Assembly (NCBI GenBank): GCA_947646115.1
Contig: CANSFH010000003.1
Location: forward strand, 16,078-80,077
Reading direction: 5' to 3'
DNA from: an uncultured Mycoplasma sp.
GTDB taxonomy: Bacteria; Bacillota_I; Bacilli_A; RF39; UBA660
Length of the DNA: 64,000 bases
A model generated the notes under the pieces. The model saw only the letters and a program-made list of their open reading frames with translations, did no database searches and was not told the DNA's origin. Position numbers and translations under genes: made by a program. Below are positions 28,005-37,067 of the stretch, piece after piece. The stretch's first letter is position 1. Every line of letters begins with the position of its first letter.

Positions 28005-28934
28005 TCAGACCCTTTCTATTACTCTTAATTTAGCACTTTTACTGCGCGAGTTAAGTTTTATTTCTTCTTCGCTTGGTAAAATTGGTTTTTTATTTATTAA
28101 TTTTATTAGAGGTTTATATTCTTCAGGTATTTCTTTATCTGGCAAACCTTTAAAAATTTCATTGGTTTCACTATATTTTTTAAATATGTTTTTAACAAGT
28201 CTATCTTCTAAAGAATGAAATGTTATAACACATATTCTTCCACCTTTTTTTAATTTTTTAATAGCGATAGGAAGCGCTACTTCTATCGCTTCTAATTCTT
28301 TATTAACCTCTATTCTGATGGCTTGAAATATTACACGTTCGGGATGTTCTTTATAAAAATAGTTAGCACCCACAGCGTTTTTTATAATATCAACTAATTC
28401 TAATGTTTTCTCAATTTTTTTAGTCTCACGATATTTGACAATAAATTTGGCAATTCGTTTGCTTTGAGGTTCTTCACCATATTTATAAAAGATTCCAGTT
28501 AGTTTTTCTTCACTATAAGTGTTTACTACCTCTTTAGCTGAAATTGTAGAACTTCTATCCATTCGCATATCAAGTTCAGCATCCACCATAAAACTAAATC
28601 CACGGTTAGCATCATCAATTTCGGGACTAGATAGTCCTAAATCAAATATAAAGCCATCTACACTTGAGACCTTAACTTTTTCAAGCTCATTTTCTAAATT
28701 AATAAAATTAGAATGAATTATCTCGAAATTCTCCCCTATCTCAAGTAATAATTGATGCGAATAGCTTATAGCTTCACTATCCGCATCAAAGGCGAATAAT
28801 TTCCCTTTTTTTATTCTTTTTAAAATTTCGCTACTATGACCGGCATATCCTAGTGTGGCGTCTACATAAATACCGTCATCTTTGATATTTAAATACTCTA
28901 TTGCAATATCACGCATTACACTAAAATGTTTCAT
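28005..28934 (-). CDS. rsmH: 16S rRNA (cytosine1402-N4)-methyltransferase
   Basis: DATLGYAGHS and FDLGLSS motifs. dcw synteny. Confidence 0.95.
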   Translation of the reverse strand: MKHFSVMRDIAIEYLNIKDDGIYVDATLGYAGHSSEILKRIKKGKLFAFDADSEAISYSHQLLLEIGENFEIIHSNFINLENELEKVKVSSVDGFIFDLGLSSPEIDDANRGFSFMVDAELDMRMDRSSTISAKEVVNTYSEEKLTGIFYKYGEEPQSKRIAKFIVKYRETKKIEKTLELVDIIKNAVGANYFYKEHPERVIFQAIRIEVNKELEAIEVALPIAIKKLKKGGRICVITFHSLEDRLVKNIFKKYSETNEIFKGLPDKEIPEEYKPLIKLINKKPILPSEEEIKLNSRSKSAKLRVIERV

Positions 28935-29362
28935 ACTTCACCATTAAATAAATGTTCTGCGACATTTTCAAGTGTTTCGCTATATTCAAGATTGAAATTA
29001 TCCCAATCCTCTTTAGACCATATTTCGATACGATCGTTTGCACCGATTATGACACACTCTTTTTTTAAATTAGCATAATCACTTTGAGGAGTTGTAATAT
29101 TAATTCGACCTTGTTTATCAAAATTGCAACTAGCAGCAGCAGAAAAGAAAGATCTTACAAAAATACGAGCATCTTTTTTGGTAAATGGTAGACTTGCTAA
29201 CTTATCTACTATTTTTTGCCATTCAGATTCAGTATAGACATAAAGGCATTTTTCTAAACCACGTGTTATTACAAAGGTTTCTCCAAGTAATTCACGATAG
29301 TTTGATGGAATTACTAGTCTATTCTTGTCATCAATATTATGATGATACTCGCCCATGAACAT
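28931..29362 (-). CDS. mraZ: transcriptional regulator MraZ
   Basis: Two DxxxR repeats (DDKNRLVIP, DKQGRINI). I place the start at the ATG at 29362 (MFMGEYHH, GGGGGA Shine-Dalgarno). The 11-codon extension in the track covers the operator repeats. Confidence 0.9.
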   Translation of the reverse strand: MFMGEYHHNIDDKNRLVIPSNYRELLGETFVITRGLEKCLYVYTESEWQKIVDKLASLPFTKKDARIFVRSFFSAAASCNFDKQGRINITTPQSDYANLKKECVIIGANDRIEIWSKEDWDNFNLEYSETLENVAEHLFNGEV

Positions 29363-29370
29363 CTTTATCC

Positions 29371-29395
29371 CCCACTTTCTACCACAATGTACCAC
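29371..29395 (-). promoter_or_regulatory. MraZ operator: three GTGG(T/G) direct repeats with 10-bp periodicity
   Basis: The minus strand reads GTGGTacattGTGGTagaaaGTGGG (plus-strand accac 29391-95, accac 29381-85, cccac 29371-75). Confidence 0.7.
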
Positions 29396-29406
29396 TGCTT
29401 ACCATC

Positions 29407-29435
29407 ATCTTATCAAATATAAGAAAAGTTGTAAA
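29407..29435 (-). promoter_or_regulatory. sigma-A-type promoter of the mraZ operon
   Basis: Minus strand: TTTACA (29435-29430), 17-nt spacer, TAAGAT (29412-29407). It lies immediately upstream of the MraZ boxes. Confidence 0.5.
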
Positions 29436-29510
29436 GTTTTAAGTGTTCGCTTTTTAAAAAAACAGGCTTTTTTACATAATGTTTACAAATAAAAAAATAG
29501 TCTTAATAGA

Positions 29511-30218
29511 CTATAATTTAGGAAAATCTTCTCCAGGAAGAGATAAATTAATCTCTTTAATAGAAGCTAATGACAAAAGTTCTTCGTAACTCATATTATC
29601 AGAAATACCAATACCATTTAAAAAGCTTCTAATTTGTTCTAATGTAGCATTGTCTTGAGCTTGAACTTCTTGTTTTTCTACGTAAACATTGATTCTGGAT
29701 TCAATTTCTACTAAAATTCTATTAAATTCAGGAAATTGCATTAATACATCATTGCATTTAGTAGCTCCTGTTTTTTTCTTAATTTCAAAGTATTTAATAG
29801 CAAGAGAATAAAGAGCTTGTAAATCACTTTCATATCCTTCATACTTACTAAATGCAACTAATTTCATATTTTTAGTTATATATAATAAGAAATCATCTTC
29901 ATTATCTTTTTTCTGATTTTGCTTGTTTTCTAAAGCCGTAGCTTTTTTTAAATCATTTTCAGAAATAGCTTTGTTTTTTATATGTTCATAAAGTTCATCT
30001 TGCTTCTTGATGAATGCAATACCATATATTATATTTAAGCCTGGTACTGCATATGATAATAATATTTTAATTAATTTTGATATGTTTTCAATAAAGGATA
30101 CTTTATTTTTTTTATAAGGTATTCCTTCTCTTTTTAATTTTTTGACTATAGATGCGGCAGAAATAAAGCTCAATCCCAAACCAACTAATACTGATACTAA
30201 ATAAGCCGTTAATAACAT
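29511..30218 (-). CDS. hypothetical membrane protein (two N-terminal TM helices)
   Basis: ORF track. A consensus promoter lies upstream on the minus strand: TTGACA (30273-30268), 16-nt spacer, TATAAT (30251-30246). A terminator hairpin lies at 29491-29513. Confidence 0.5.
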   Translation of the reverse strand: MLLTAYLVSVLVGLGLSFISAASIVKKLKREGIPYKKNKVSFIENISKLIKILLSYAVPGLNIIYGIAFIKKQDELYEHIKNKAISENDLKKATALENKQNQKKDNEDDFLLYITKNMKLVAFSKYEGYESDLQALYSLAIKYFEIKKKTGATKCNDVLMQFPEFNRILVEIESRINVYVEKQEVQAQDNATLEQIRSFLNGIGISDNMSYEELLSLASIKEINLSLPGEDFPKL

Positions 30219-30317
30219 TTTAATACCTCTTTCTTTTTAGCAGTTATTATAAGCATTTTTCGTTAAATGTCAAGATATAATTATCTAAAATCCAAAAGAA
30301 AAAGAGGTTTATCCTCT

Positions 30318-30446
30318 TTAATAATATAGTATTCCACCTAGAATTATTGCGAGTAGTATGTATAGTACTATGATTAAGAATGCACCATTTTGTAAGAATC
30401 CTCCACAACAATTATTGGTTTGTACTTTGTCTTTACAACATCCCAT
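30318..30446 (-). CDS. YjcZ-like tiny sporulation membrane protein, 42 aa
   Basis: My own translation: MGCCKDKVQTNNCCGGFLQNGAFLIIVLYILLAIILGGILYY. GGAGGTG Shine-Dalgarno. A Cys/Gly-rich head is followed by F.L(I/V)VL(F/Y)ILL(I)I, as in the YjcZ family. Terminator at 30291-30319. Confidence 0.55.
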   Translation of the reverse strand: MGCCKDKVQTNNCCGGFLQNGAFLIIVLYILLAIILGGILYY

Positions 30447-30475
30447 GGGACACCTCCTATTATATTTTTAAAAGA

Positions 30476-30568
30476 CTAAATGAATGCTCCTACTATGATG
30501 ATTAGTAAGATAAATAGTACTAAGATCATGGCAGCACTGAAGCCATTTCCACATCCGCAGTTATTCAT
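30476..30568 (-). CDS. YjcZ-like tiny sporulation membrane protein, 30 aa
   Basis: My own translation: MNNCGCGNGFSAAMILVLFILLIIIVGAFI. AAGGAGG Shine-Dalgarno. Close to the YjcZ-family pattern. Confidence 0.6.
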   Translation of the reverse strand: MNNCGCGNGFSAAMILVLFILLIIIVGAFI

Positions 30569-30667
30569 AAATCATTCCTCCTTTATTTGTCTTTTCACTT
30601 ATATATTACGTAAAATTTTATAAATGGTGCTGGGCAATATTCTATTTATATAAAATTATTAAAAGTC

Positions 30668-30696
30668 TTGTAAAATAAGTATGTAACTGCTATAAT
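30668..30696 (+). promoter_or_regulatory. sigma-A-type promoter of prsA
   Basis: TTGTAA (30668-73), 17-nt spacer, TATAAT (30691-96), followed by a GGAGG Shine-Dalgarno. Confidence 0.5.
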
Positions 30697-30714
30697 TATT
30701 GATGGAGGAATATA

Positions 30715-31728
30715 ATGAAAAAGAAAATATTTTTACTAGGGGCATGTTCCCTATTACTATGTGGATGTGGTAAAATACCTACATTATCAAACGGAGATGA
30801 AGCGGTAGTAACTTTTAAAGATGGTGCAATTAGTGCTAATGATTTTTATAAGGAGATAAAAGATAGCTTTGGATTAAGTACTTTGGTAAATATGATTGAT
30901 AAATATATTTATGAAAAAGAATTAGATGATAAAACTACAGATGCTAAATCTTATGCGGATGCAGTTATTAAACAAATGAGAAGTACTTATGATAGTGAAG
31001 AAGCTTTACTTCAAGTATTAAGTTGGAATAAGTTTGAAACAGTTGAAGCTTATCATAACTATCTTTATATAAGTTATTTACAAAATGAAGCTATTAAAAA
31101 TTATGTTGAAGGAAAAATTACTGATGATGAATTAAAAGAATTTTATGAAAAAAGTGTTTATCCTGATATGACTATTTCTCATATTTTAATAACACCTAAT
31201 GTTAAAGATGGTATGAGTGATACTGATAAGAAAAAGGAAGAAGACAAAGCTAAAGAAGAAATCAATAAAATTATTGAAGAATTAAATAAAGCAAAAAAGA
31301 ATAATGAAAATATTAGCGATACTTTTAGTAAACTTGCTAAAGAATATTCTAAAGATGATTCTACTAAAAATAAAGGTGGAAATTTAGGAGAAATTAATAT
31401 TGATTCTTTAAATAGTAAATATGATGAATTAGTAAAAGCTGCTTATAAATTAAAAGATGGTGAATATTCTACAGAACTTATTACTACAGAATCTGGTTAT
31501 CATGTTATTTTAAAAACTAAAACTGGAACAAAGAAAAGTTATGAAGATTCACTTACTAGCATGAAAGAAAAAATTACAGAAAATAAATTAGCAGAAAACA
31601 AAGAATTATCTGTAGAAGCTATTAAATACTATCGTGAAAAATATGATCTTAACATAGTTGATTCAGAAATTAAAACTCAATACGGTAAATATATGAACAA
31701 CTTAATTAATCAAAGTAAAAATAATTAA
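30715..31728 (+). CDS. prsA: foldase lipoprotein PrsA (parvulin-type peptidyl-prolyl isomerase)
   Basis: Lipobox LLCGCG. PpiC domain: ISHILI ... FSKLAKEYSKDDSTKNKGGNLG ... GYHVI. Confidence 0.8.
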   Translation: MKKKIFLLGACSLLLCGCGKIPTLSNGDEAVVTFKDGAISANDFYKEIKDSFGLSTLVNMIDKYIYEKELDDKTTDAKSYADAVIKQMRSTYDSEEALLQVLSWNKFETVEAYHNYLYISYLQNEAIKNYVEGKITDDELKEFYEKSVYPDMTISHILITPNVKDGMSDTDKKKEEDKAKEEINKIIEELNKAKKNNENISDTFSKLAKEYSKDDSTKNKGGNLGEINIDSLNSKYDELVKAAYKLKDGEYSTELITTESGYHVILKTKTGTKKSYEDSLTSMKEKITENKLAENKELSVEAIKYYREKYDLNIVDSEIKTQYGKYMNNLINQSKNN

Positions 31729-31735
31729 ATAAAGT

Positions 31736-31766
31736 AAAACTGCGAAATTTCTCCGCAGTTTTTATT
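31736..31766. terminator. bidirectional rho-independent terminator between prsA and the convergent operon
   Basis: AAAACTGCG-aaatttctc-CGCAGTTTT, flanked by a T-run on both strands. Confidence 0.7.
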
Positions 31767-31786
31767 TGCTTAAAATATATATAAAG

Positions 31787-32791
31787 TTATTTTCTTCTTG
31801 TAAGAATTGGTGACTCTTCCAGTTCTACTGGAGAATCTTCTTTTATTTTTTTATTTTTATTTAATTCAAAAACACAGTCATTAACTTTCATAAAACCATA
31901 ACCCGCTAACAATTGTTCAATAATAACAAGTTTAAAATATCCATGTTCAAATTTAATTGTCATTTTAAGAACTGGATGACTCATATTTCTGCTATCTTCA
32001 TCATCCATTAAAGTTGGAATATAAATAGATGGAATTGAGTTACGAAAATTAAAACGTGTTTGATGACTATGACCCTTTAGCCAAAACGTTTTTACTAACT
32101 TTAAATTTCTTTGTGTAGTGCCATTATCAAGTTTATGGAATACTCCAAATGCATCATTTTTAATTCTTATTATGCCACTTTCATAACCAATTGGAATGAT
32201 ATCATGTCGCCTTTCATGGAGAGCTAAAGCAATATCTTGGTTAGTTCTTAATAAGGCATCAAAATCATGGTTGCCTAAACATAGATAAGTTAAAATATTT
32301 TTATCATAAGGATAACGCTCTATAGCATAATTGATTTGCTCCTCTTGAGCACGCTCCACATCTTCTGTTTCTACAAAAAAATTCATAAAGCTATCAATAA
32401 AATCTCCGCCATTTATAATTGTATGTATTCCTTCTTTAGCACAATAATTAAAACAATTATCTAAAATATCTAAACGTTCTCTACTTCCAAAAATACTATA
32501 TTTTCCATTACGTCCAATATGTAAATCAGAGGTTAGTAAAGCTGTAAATTCTGTTTCTTCTGGTGCTGTAATAATACTCGCACTATCATTAAATGAAGCA
32601 GGATTATTTGTATAATTATAAATTATATCACCACTACTGTAATATTTTCGATCAAATGAATATCCTTTTTTTCTCAAATTAAATAGAATTTCCCAAAAAG
32701 TTTTATGGTCTATTTTTACAATATCAAGAATTTGATTAAGCGTAAAGTTTGCTTTTATTAAGCGAATTATTTTTATTTCTAGTTCTGTCAT
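31787..32791 (-). CDS. wHTH-like N-domain + calcineurin-type metallophosphoesterase
   Basis: MPE motifs SDLHIG (DxH), GGDFID (GD), LGNHD (GNH) and KGHSHQ (GH.H). The N-terminal 60 aa or so look like a winged helix (FTLNQILDIVKIDHKTFWEILFNLRKKGY). The ATG at 32791 is preceded by GGTGG. The track start at 32800 is the GTG inside that Shine-Dalgarno. Confidence 0.6.
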   Translation of the reverse strand: MTELEIKIIRLIKANFTLNQILDIVKIDHKTFWEILFNLRKKGYSFDRKYYSSGDIIYNYTNNPASFNDSASIITAPEETEFTALLTSDLHIGRNGKYSIFGSRERLDILDNCFNYCAKEGIHTIINGGDFIDSFMNFFVETEDVERAQEEQINYAIERYPYDKNILTYLCLGNHDFDALLRTNQDIALALHERRHDIIPIGYESGIIRIKNDAFGVFHKLDNGTTQRNLKLVKTFWLKGHSHQTRFNFRNSIPSIYIPTLMDDEDSRNMSHPVLKMTIKFEHGYFKLVIIEQLLAGYGFMKVNDCVFELNKNKKIKEDSPVELEESPILTRRK

Positions 32792-32828
32792 TTCCCCCAC
32801 CTAAATTAGTATAATATACGATTAAAAT

Positions 32829-33590
32829 CTATTTGTCAAGATATTTATCAATATTAATATCTATGTATCCTTTTTGATATAAATAATTTTTTATTTTCAT
32901 TTTAGTAGTATTTAAATCATATTTATTTATATACTTTTTATATAATTTATTTATTAATTTTTCTAATTCAAAAGTATTTTCTTCTATCTCTATCTCATTC
33001 AAACCAGTAATAATATCTTCTTTAGAAAATCCTTTATTGATTAATTCATCTAAAACTTTTCTTTTAAACTCATTAACACTTCGCTTGTTAGCTTTTGCTT
33101 TTTTGGTAATGTATTTATTTATTTTGGTAATATAAATACTTTTATCTACTTTAGCTAAATGAGGTAATATTTCATTTTCTTTAAAACCTAATTTAATTAA
33201 ATCTTTTAATATTTTAGTTTCTCCAACTAAATAAAGATTTAACATATCATGAATATAAGCTTCTATATATACTTCGTGATTTAAGTAACCTTCTTTTGCT
33301 AACTTTTCGATAGCATAATTAATTTCTTCGGAAGAATATTCCTTCTTTTTTAATAAGTTTTTTAATTCTATTTCACTCCGCATTTTAATCGAAACCATTT
33401 TTAAAGCACTATAATAGGCTTTTAACATATTATTTTTCGCTAAAATATTAGCAAATTCCTCTTTACTAATATCCTTTTTTAATAAGAGTTCACTTTTAAT
33501 AATTATATCATCAAAAAGTTTATAGTCTCCTTCATCTGTTGTTATTTTATATTCATTAGACTTTGTTTTTACATATTTAAGTATTTTCAT
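32829..33590 (-). CDS. recX: RecX family regulatory protein
   Basis: About 250 aa of repeated three-helix units (AYYSALKMVSIKMRSEIELKNLLKKKEYSSEEINYAIEKLAKEGYLNHEVY...), as in Firmicute RecX. Confidence 0.65.
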   Translation of the reverse strand: MKILKYVKTKSNEYKITTDEGDYKLFDDIIIKSELLLKKDISKEEFANILAKNNMLKAYYSALKMVSIKMRSEIELKNLLKKKEYSSEEINYAIEKLAKEGYLNHEVYIEAYIHDMLNLYLVGETKILKDLIKLGFKENEILPHLAKVDKSIYITKINKYITKKAKANKRSVNEFKRKVLDELINKGFSKEDIITGLNEIEIEENTFELEKLINKLYKKYINKYDLNTTKMKIKNYLYQKGYIDINIDKYLDK

Positions 33591-33635
33591 ATTATCACCA
33601 GAATTAGTGTATCATACTAGTGTTTGTAGTGTCAA

Positions 33636-34742
33636 TTATTTTCGAATACGAGTCATTGCTTTATTAAATTCTGTTTGAAAATAAGAGTCTGTCATGCCAG
33701 CCAAATAATCAATAGCTATACGAGTATTATCGTTATTGTCTCTATAAATTTGGTTCATGCCATTCACGTACGCTACAACGGAAGAATTAGGATTCATTCT
33801 TTCTAGGTCTTGAACATAAATTTGAAACATAGTATCAAACATAAACTCAATATATTTTGCTTGTTCTGGTGATAATTTAGCCATATAAATATTAGCAGTA
33901 TTAAACTTTAAAAGTCTATCAAGTGTTTCATATACGATTGCACTAAACTCTAAATAAGGTTTATTGTAACTATTTTCTAACACATCATAAATAATGTTAT
34001 CAACAATTTCAGGAGTAGAATTACCAAGAATCTTTTTAATATCATTGGGAATATCTTCCCAAGTAAGAATTCCTACTCTCTTTGCATCATCTATATCTCG
34101 GCCAATATAAGAAACTAAATCACTTAAACGAACTGTTTGCCCTTCTAAAGTCATAGCATGAAGCCTGCCTAAAACACTTTTATCTTGATAACAAGCATAA
34201 TATTCTTCTAAAAATTCTTCTTTTGTTTTGGGGCGAGGAATATATCTTCTTTCAGTAACTTCTCCATTATGACATAAAGCTGTATCTAGAACTTGCATGG
34301 ATACATTAAGACCTTTTCCGTTGTTTTCCAAAAACATAAGATTTCTAACACTTTGAACATTATGATTAAAGAAACCAGCGCCATATTTCAAACTTATTTT
34401 ATTTAAAGCTCGCTCTCCTTCATGGCCAAAAGGAATATGTCCAAAATCATGTACACTTGCTCCTGCCTCAATTAAATCTTCATTTAAACCTAGATTACGG
34501 CCAATCGTTCTAGCAATTCTACCTGTTAATTCGACATGAATTTTTCTTTTTGTTAAATGGTCATTAGATGTCCAAAGCCTTGGAAACACTTGAGTTTTAT
34601 CCATATACCTAGAATAAGTATTGCAAGCAACTATTTTATTAGTATCATGATAAAACGGTGTATATATAGGATTAATTTCTTCTGGCTTTAAATATATTGC
34701 TTCTTCATCCCTACAAGCATATTCCGATAAGTTCTTTTTCAT
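33636..34742 (-). CDS. dGTPase-like HD-domain triphosphohydrolase paralog 1
   Basis: RKIHVE...VHDFGHIPFGHEGE...RLSDLVSYIGRDIDDA, giving the H..HD..D metal ligands of the Dgt/dNTPase family. Confidence 0.75.
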   Translation of the reverse strand: MKKNLSEYACRDEEAIYLKPEEINPIYTPFYHDTNKIVACNTYSRYMDKTQVFPRLWTSNDHLTKRKIHVELTGRIARTIGRNLGLNEDLIEAGASVHDFGHIPFGHEGERALNKISLKYGAGFFNHNVQSVRNLMFLENNGKGLNVSMQVLDTALCHNGEVTERRYIPRPKTKEEFLEEYYACYQDKSVLGRLHAMTLEGQTVRLSDLVSYIGRDIDDAKRVGILTWEDIPNDIKKILGNSTPEIVDNIIYDVLENSYNKPYLEFSAIVYETLDRLLKFNTANIYMAKLSPEQAKYIEFMFDTMFQIYVQDLERMNPNSSVVAYVNGMNQIYRDNNDNTRIAIDYLAGMTDSYFQTEFNKAMTRIRK

Positions 34743-34755
34743 ATAAACTCCTTAA

Positions 34756-35901
34756 CTATTGTGTTCTAGCCCTTACTAATTCTTTTTTATACTCATTTTT
34801 AAAATAATTAGTAGTCATACCAGAAATATAATCTAAAGCTACTCTTTCTCTACTGTTGTTTCTTTGATATTCTGGAGTCATATTATGATAATATTGTACT
34901 ACTAAAGATTGCTCTTTATCCTTATCTAAATCTTGCAAATACGCATTAAACAAAGTATTAAACATGACTTCCATTTGTTCCTTTTCTCCTGGTTTTAAAT
35001 AATTATGATAGATATTTTTGGTGTTAATTTCTAAAAGCTTTTTTAAAGCAATAAATATTTTATCACTCATAGCAATATATGGTTTATTAAAACTAGATTT
35101 AACTATATCTCTAATACAAGTATTTACTAGCTCACTACGAGAGTGACCTAAAACAGCTAAAATATCTTCAGGTACTTCTTGCCAAGAAAAAATCCCGTAT
35201 CTTTCAGCGTCATCAAGATCTCGTCCTAAATATGCAATTAAATCACTAATGCGAATAACACATCCTTCTAATGTCATTGGAACAATTCTATTTAAAACGG
35301 TTTTATCTTGATATGTGGCATAATATTCTGCCATAAATTGTTCTAAAGTTTTACTATGAGGTTCCATAACTGGTTGTAAACCTTTACTATTATGGCATAA
35401 AATAGCATCTAATACTTGTAAGGAAATATTTAATCCTTGTCCATGATTTTCTAAAAACATTAAATTTCTAACGCTTTGGACGTTATGGTTAAACCGTCCT
35501 TCACCTACAGACTGACTAATATCATCTAAAATATATTCTCCTTCATGACCAAAGGGAACATGACCAAGATCGTGTCCTTTCCCTGCTGCTTCTAATAAAT
35601 GTTCATTTAAACCAAGAAAAATACCTGTAGTTCTTGCAACACGACTAACCAACTCGACATGAATCATTCTATTTTGAATGTGATCATAAGTATTATTATG
35701 AGTGTATACTTGAGGTTTTCCAATATATCTTGTATAAGATGCCGAATTTATTATTGCTTCAGTATCCTCATAAAATGGTGGCAAAAAACTAGATTTTCTC
35801 TCATTAAAATAAACAGCATATAAATCATGGCAAGCATATGCTGATAAAATATCGTTATGTTTATATATTTGTTTTATACTTTCTTCTAACATTTCAAACA
35901 C
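34756..35901 (-). CDS. dGTPase-like HD-domain triphosphohydrolase paralog 2
   Basis: RMIHVE...GHDLGHVPFGHEGE...RISDLIAYLGRDLDDA. Confidence 0.75.
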   Translation of the reverse strand: MFEMLEESIKQIYKHNDILSAYACHDLYAVYFNERKSSFLPPFYEDTEAIINSASYTRYIGKPQVYTHNNTYDHIQNRMIHVELVSRVARTTGIFLGLNEHLLEAAGKGHDLGHVPFGHEGEYILDDISQSVGEGRFNHNVQSVRNLMFLENHGQGLNISLQVLDAILCHNSKGLQPVMEPHSKTLEQFMAEYYATYQDKTVLNRIVPMTLEGCVIRISDLIAYLGRDLDDAERYGIFSWQEVPEDILAVLGHSRSELVNTCIRDIVKSSFNKPYIAMSDKIFIALKKLLEINTKNIYHNYLKPGEKEQMEVMFNTLFNAYLQDLDKDKEQSLVVQYYHNMTPEYQRNNSRERVALDYISGMTTNYFKNEYKKELVRARTQ

Positions 35902-35939
35902 CCTGCTTATTTATATTTTATCATATTTATTTATAATTT

Positions 35940-37067
35940 TTAATTTAATTTATTATTTTTTTCATACTCTTTCAAGAAAAATTCATCGGTCATACCAGAT
36001 ATGTAATCAATAACTATTCTAGCATTAGTGTTTTTTTCTTGATAATCTAGACACATATTATTTAAATAAGACGAAACGATCACAGAATCTCTATTATTAC
36101 TTTCTAAATCAGCTAAATATTTATTAAATAATGTTTCAAACATTGTTTTTAGCTTATGCCTATTTTTAGAAGATTCAGAATTATTATAAATATATTTGTA
36201 ATTAAATTGCATAAGTTCTTTAATTGCTTTATAAATGTCACTACTTAATTCTAGATAATTTTTATTATAGCTATTTTTAATGATATCTAAAATGCAACTA
36301 TTTACAATATCACTAGTATTATCACCTAAAGTTTTTACGATAAATTCAGGAATATCTTCCCTTTTTAGCATAGACATTCTAATAGCGTCATCTATGTCAC
36401 GACCAAGATAAGCTATAAGGTCACTTATTCTAACTACACAACCTTCAAGAGTCATAGGTTTCATATTAGTAATCGTTTCTTTAGATTTATAGCTTTCTTC
36501 GTATTCTTTTAAAAATTCATCTTTAGTTTTTCTTACAGGTTCATAACGCCCTAAAGCAAATTCGCCATTATGACACATAATAGCGTCTAATACTTGAATA
36601 GATATATTTAGTCCTTGTCCAAAATTTTCAACATAAAGAAGTTTTCTAACACTTTCGATATTATGATTAAAGAAACCTTCATTATGATTTAAACTAATTT
36701 CATTTAAAATAGATTCTCCAATGTGACCAAAAGGAACATGGCCTAAATCATGAGCTAGCGAAGCTGCTTCGATTAAATCTTCATTTAACCCTAAAGCTCG
36801 ACCAATAGTTCTCGCTATTTTACTTACAAATTGTACATGAATCATTCTTTTGGAAATATGATCATTTTTAGTAAAAGAAAACACTTGAGTTTTGTCTTGA
36901 TAACGAATAAAGCTTAAACTATATAGTATTTTATCAATATCGTGAAAAAATGATGTTCTAATATCGCTTTTGGTAGGTTTTAAATAGATTGCTTCTTGAT
37001 CTTTACAAGCATATTGAGATAATATTAAATTATGACTAGCCATTCTTTCTTTTATTTGATTTTCCAT
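35940..37067 (-). CDS. dGTPase-like HD-domain triphosphohydrolase paralog 3
   Basis: RMIHVQ...AHDLGHVPFGHIGE...RISDLIAYLGRDIDDA. The 5' end overlaps the amidase gene; an alternative ATG lies at 37043. Confidence 0.75.
   Translation of the reverse strand: MENQIKERMASHNLILSQYACKDQEAIYLKPTKSDIRTSFFHDIDKILYSLSFIRYQDKTQVFSFTKNDHISKRMIHVQFVSKIARTIGRALGLNEDLIEAASLAHDLGHVPFGHIGESILNEISLNHNEGFFNHNIESVRKLLYVENFGQGLNISIQVLDAIMCHNGEFALGRYEPVRKTKDEFLKEYEESYKSKETITNMKPMTLEGCVVRISDLIAYLGRDIDDAIRMSMLKREDIPEFIVKTLGDNTSDIVNSCILDIIKNSYNKNYLELSSDIYKAIKELMQFNYKYIYNNSESSKNRHKLKTMFETLFNKYLADLESNNRDSVIVSSYLNNMCLDYQEKNTNARIVIDYISGMTDEFFLKEYEKNNKLN

Noticed and set aside
29363-29395. N-terminal extension of mraZ in the ORF track (MVHCGRKWGIK)
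   Set aside because: The extension starts at a non-ATG codon and has no Shine-Dalgarno. It coincides with the three MraZ-box repeats. The canonical MraZ N-terminus (MFMGEY) has a GGGGGA Shine-Dalgarno.
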